Positions 61,101 through 64,000 of a stretch of DNA of 64,000 nt are shown here, piece by piece. Origin of the DNA: Oculina patagonica (lineage: Eukaryota). Under the pieces are notes generated by a model. That model was not told the DNA's origin. It worked only from the letters and a program-made list of their open reading frames with translations, and made no database searches. Numbering within the stretch: the stretch's first letter is position 1; every line of letters starts with the position of its first letter. The DNA lies in the NCBI RefSeq assembly GCF_052425735.1, contig NC_135768.1, forward strand, positions 20,274,001-20,338,000, in the 5' to 3' direction. A program made the translations under genes and the position numbers.

Positions 61101-62607
61101 TCCTGAAACAAAACAAAATGTGAAAAAATTATGACCAACATGCAAAGAACGCCATGTCCGCTAGACTGGGGCTAGCGGATTTCCCATCAGGCTAGTCAGT
61201 TTTATCCATCACTTGCCAGTTGGGCAAGTAACATTTTTAGAATTTTTAGTTGGCAGATGCCAGAAGTAAGGAAACCAAGGAACACATTCTGCCAAGCACA
61301 CAGTGGTTCCAACTTACCCAAATCATTTAATGGCGTGCTGGAAAATTCATTTTAAATATTTGCACCCTAATTATGACACTCACTAAAAACGACTATAATA
61401 TCTTGGGTAATCATGCTAAGTAACTTAACATGGAGCTTTCATGAAGATGTTCTAAAAAAGACAGACCTGCATATTTGACCCAAAAGAGCCAGTCCGTAAC
61501 CTGCGGCAGAACCAAATTCAGATGCTATGGTCTCTAGAGGCTTGCTATTGGTCAGACATCCTCCTGTGAGAGCCATTTCACCTTCGGCAAGTCTAAACAA
61601 TAAGGAAAGATCATAAAAAGAGTGGACACAATTTTTATGGAGTAAACAACTCCAAGCAAGAAATTCTGATTTTCACTACCAGTGGATCACTGAGGCTATC
61701 AAGAATTTGAAGAATTTGTAGTGATTTCTCTGCTTGTTATAAACTCAAGTGAAAAACAGACAAAACAAACTTACTTATCTAAATCCATGCAGCATTTGGC
61801 AAATAGAAAGCGGCAGAGTGGAGTAGGACACCCTTTGCTTTGTAGAAGAGAGTAGGCTCTTTTGCAGTAACCAGCTTGATAAAAGCATGTCGCCAGGAGG
61901 TACAGAGTATCATCAGAGCCAACTACAATGACAAAAAAAAAATCATGATTTAGCCTCAACAAAATCTTGCTGAGTGACTAATCAAATTAAAGCTATTGAG
62001 TAGTACTTTCATGTAGTGCTGTATATTATGCTGTACAAGGTGGTTCTAACTTAAAAGTCTGTGGGTAAAACTCTATTGTGACCATTCAAATGAAAGCTAC
62101 TGAGCAGTACTTTCATGTGGTACTGGTACTGTTAGTATGCTCTACATGTACAAGGTGGTTCTAACTTTGAGCATGTGGATGAAACCCTAGTGTGTGACCA
62201 TTCAAATTAAAGCTTTTGAGCAGTTCTTTATGTGCTACTGTTTATTATGCTGTACAAGGTCTACAATTCTAGTCTGTGGATGAAACCCTAGTGTGTGACC
62301 ATTCATTGAAAGCTATTGAACAGTACTTTTACGTGTTACTGTTTAAGGTTGTTTTCGTACTTTAAGTGTGCATCTTTTCATTAGGCAGCTAAAAGCATCC
62401 AAATAAACACGTAATTAAAAAATTCTAAACCAAGTGATGCTGCATTGATACGTGACTACAATTAATTTTCCAAACTACTGGTTGTCAGTAGAAATCAGAA
62501 ATCAGTGAAGTAAAGAAGGGTTTCAATATACCTTCTGCAAAGAGTCGTTCAGCAAGAAAGATTGCATCGTCGTAGGCATAATGACTCAAAGCATGCCATA
62601 TAGATGC
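45378..62607 (-). CDS. CDC27: Cell division cycle protein 27 (APC/C subunit APC3), TPR protein; first short coding exon not found, probably right of the window
   Basis: Exons 62532-62607 (ASIWHALSHYAYDDAIFLAERLFAE), 61775-61922, 61467-61592, 61005-61102, 60129-60504, 59528-59639, 58785-59000, 57730-57804, 56626-56767, 55797-55969, 55069-55120, 50267-50367 (GMEIYSTTLWHLQ), 49426-49634 (AWCATGNCFSLQKEHDTAIKFFQRAVQV..YAYTLLGHEY), 47922-48039, 47139-47267, 46437-46511, 45378-45590 (HLAQMNFSWAIDLDPKGANNQIKEAI). 2439 nt, phases consistent. Confidence 0.96.
49039..49371. mobile_element. hAT-like MITE (CAG termini)
   Basis: CAGGGTTCGTA..TACGAACCCTG TIRs; internal TTTTCCAGGAC repeats; TSD not clear. 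Confidence 0.6.
51041..51325. mobile_element. TAGAGC-family MITE
   Basis: TAGAGCGGGTTTCACTTGAGTGTCG..CGACACTCAATTGGAAACTGCTCTA. Confidence 0.75.
51783..52523. mobile_element. PIF/Harbinger-like MITE
   Basis: TTA|GGGTGCGTTTCTTTGGGAAAA..TTTTCCCAAAGAAACGCACCC|TTA. Confidence 0.85.
55469..55719. mobile_element. hAT-like MITE
   Basis: CAGGGCTGCAAATAA..TTATTTGCAGCCCTG TIRs; internal GTCGGACA repeats. Confidence 0.65.
56058..56460 (-). repeat. Two tandem copies (about 240 bp) of a tRNA-derived repeat or SINE
   Basis: TAGCTCAGTTGGTTAGAG..CCAACCGGTATCTGGGAGG..GATTCCCGTCAGGG in both copies; one copy has a deletion in the B box. Confidence 0.7.
61985..62345. repeat. About 105-115 bp satellite-like tandem repeat, 3+ copies
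   Basis: AAAGCTATTGAGCAGTACTTTCATGTG..GCTGTACAAGGTGGTTCTAACTT..GTGGATGAAACCCTAGTGTGTGACCATTCAAAT recurring. Confidence 0.85.
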
Positions 62608-64000
62608 CTGTTAAGAAACACAAAGAAAGGTTGTTTATGATAAACAAAGTTAATCCTTAGAAGTTCAACTTTATACCCTTCCATTTTAAGAACACTGTGA
62701 AACAATAATAATATTTATACTTAATCTAACCTCTTTGGAAAACTTGAGTGGTGAATAAGAACAGTTTGGTTGAGTCATGATGCATATTTTGGCGAGACTC
62801 GGCTGAACTAAAATACCCACTGACATGAAAACCAAACTAGCCTGATATGCACTTACATATTTTTCATAGCCTGATATGCTGCCTTTCCATATCCAAATTC
62901 GCAAGTAGCCAATCAGAAGCGGGATCTACTGTCCCGATATCCTACGATATCAAGTCACTGACCTGATATGCCGCGATATCATGGTCACTTTGAAGTAAAA
63001 TAGTGTTACCGTACAATGAATTGAAAGAGGTTTAACCAATAAGACAGAACCTCGTAATTTAAATTTAGCTGGTGTTAACCAGTCATAAAAGGAGAAAAAC
63101 TTTCCCGCAAAAACCTAATTTGAGCGTGCTCGCCAATTGTGCGATGTTTGCCAATGAGTACTGAAACATTCAGACTGAAACAATGGAGTTGGAGTTTTGA
63201 TTTTGAAAAGTTAAAGGATGAAACTGCAAACAAACAAGTAAAAAAGGTCAGAAGAGTTACTTGATTAAGTGTCGAAGACCAAAAAGTATCAATACAAGCA
63301 GTTCAACACAATTTGCACTACGAAGGTGGCAAGCATGGCTTTAACAGAGCGATTAATATTACCGGATTTCTGGTTGAATTTGAGTATTGTAAATACCTTA
63401 TCGTACCTTTTGGTACGCTTCAGCGGCATATTAGGCTCGTTTGGTCTCGCCATGGAGCCATGGCTTGACCAATCTCGCCTGATATGCCGCCGAAGCATAC
63501 CAAAAAGGTACGATTAGGTATAAAAGGGTGCCAAAAGGTAAGATTAAAGGTATTTACCATTCCAAATTTGCCCAGACATCCAGCAATGTTTATAGGTTGG
63601 TGACATGATATTACAGGAAATCAGGACAGTAGTCTGTACACAAGACTTCCGATTGGCCAATTGTTTTACTACCGACAGTGGAATCCCGATTTCTCAAACC
63701 CTCTATTGCTCCAGTGATCCGATTACAGTTTCACAAACCTTTCGATAACTGAAACCAAAAGTCGTTTCCTTTCCCTCAGTCAAACACTGCAAATTTTACT
63801 CCAATGACTCAAACTCCCTGATTTCTTGAACCAATATTCATTTCCCTTAGAGGTTAAATAAATTGGGATTCCTCTGTAGAATACTATTCTCTTCATAACT
63901 GTCAAAGAGCTAAAATTTGTCATCTGCACATGAATTTAGACAGCTGTTGTTTCCCCTACTGTGTGCACCTCCTTTAAAAGTAGACAAAGTGGATGTTCAG

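Noticed and set aside
62611-64000. First coding exon of CDC27
   Set aside because: No short ATG exon with a phase-0 donor resembling the conserved N-terminus was found; the region looks repeat-derived.

Overview
AT-rich, intron-rich eukaryotic genomic DNA. The repeat landscape (tRNA-derived SINEs, many MITEs, Penelope remnants with minimal hammerheads) suggests a cnidarian, probably a stony coral; this is inference. Six spliced genes can be built by hand from GT-AG junctions with consistent phases: (1) a minus-strand signal peptide-LRR-EGF_Ca gene running off the left edge; (2) a divergent synaptophysin/MARVEL gene; (3,4) two tandem paralogous type-I membrane genes with three EGF domains; (5) a complete Rab5; (6) CDC27/APC3, with 17 exons seen and the first exon not found. 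Introns and spacers are full of nested non-autonomous transposons, SINEs, CR1/L2 and Penelope fragments, and minisatellites. Most unusual: a TSD-less 1.8-kb element (10176-11982) with split direct repeats and att-like junctions, carrying a decayed 15-bp-periodic pentapeptide-repeat coding region; a four-level nested transposon carrying a Penelope RT; and two Penelope-type minimal hammerhead ribozyme motifs inside Rab5 introns. Most entries in the supplied ORF track are spurious.
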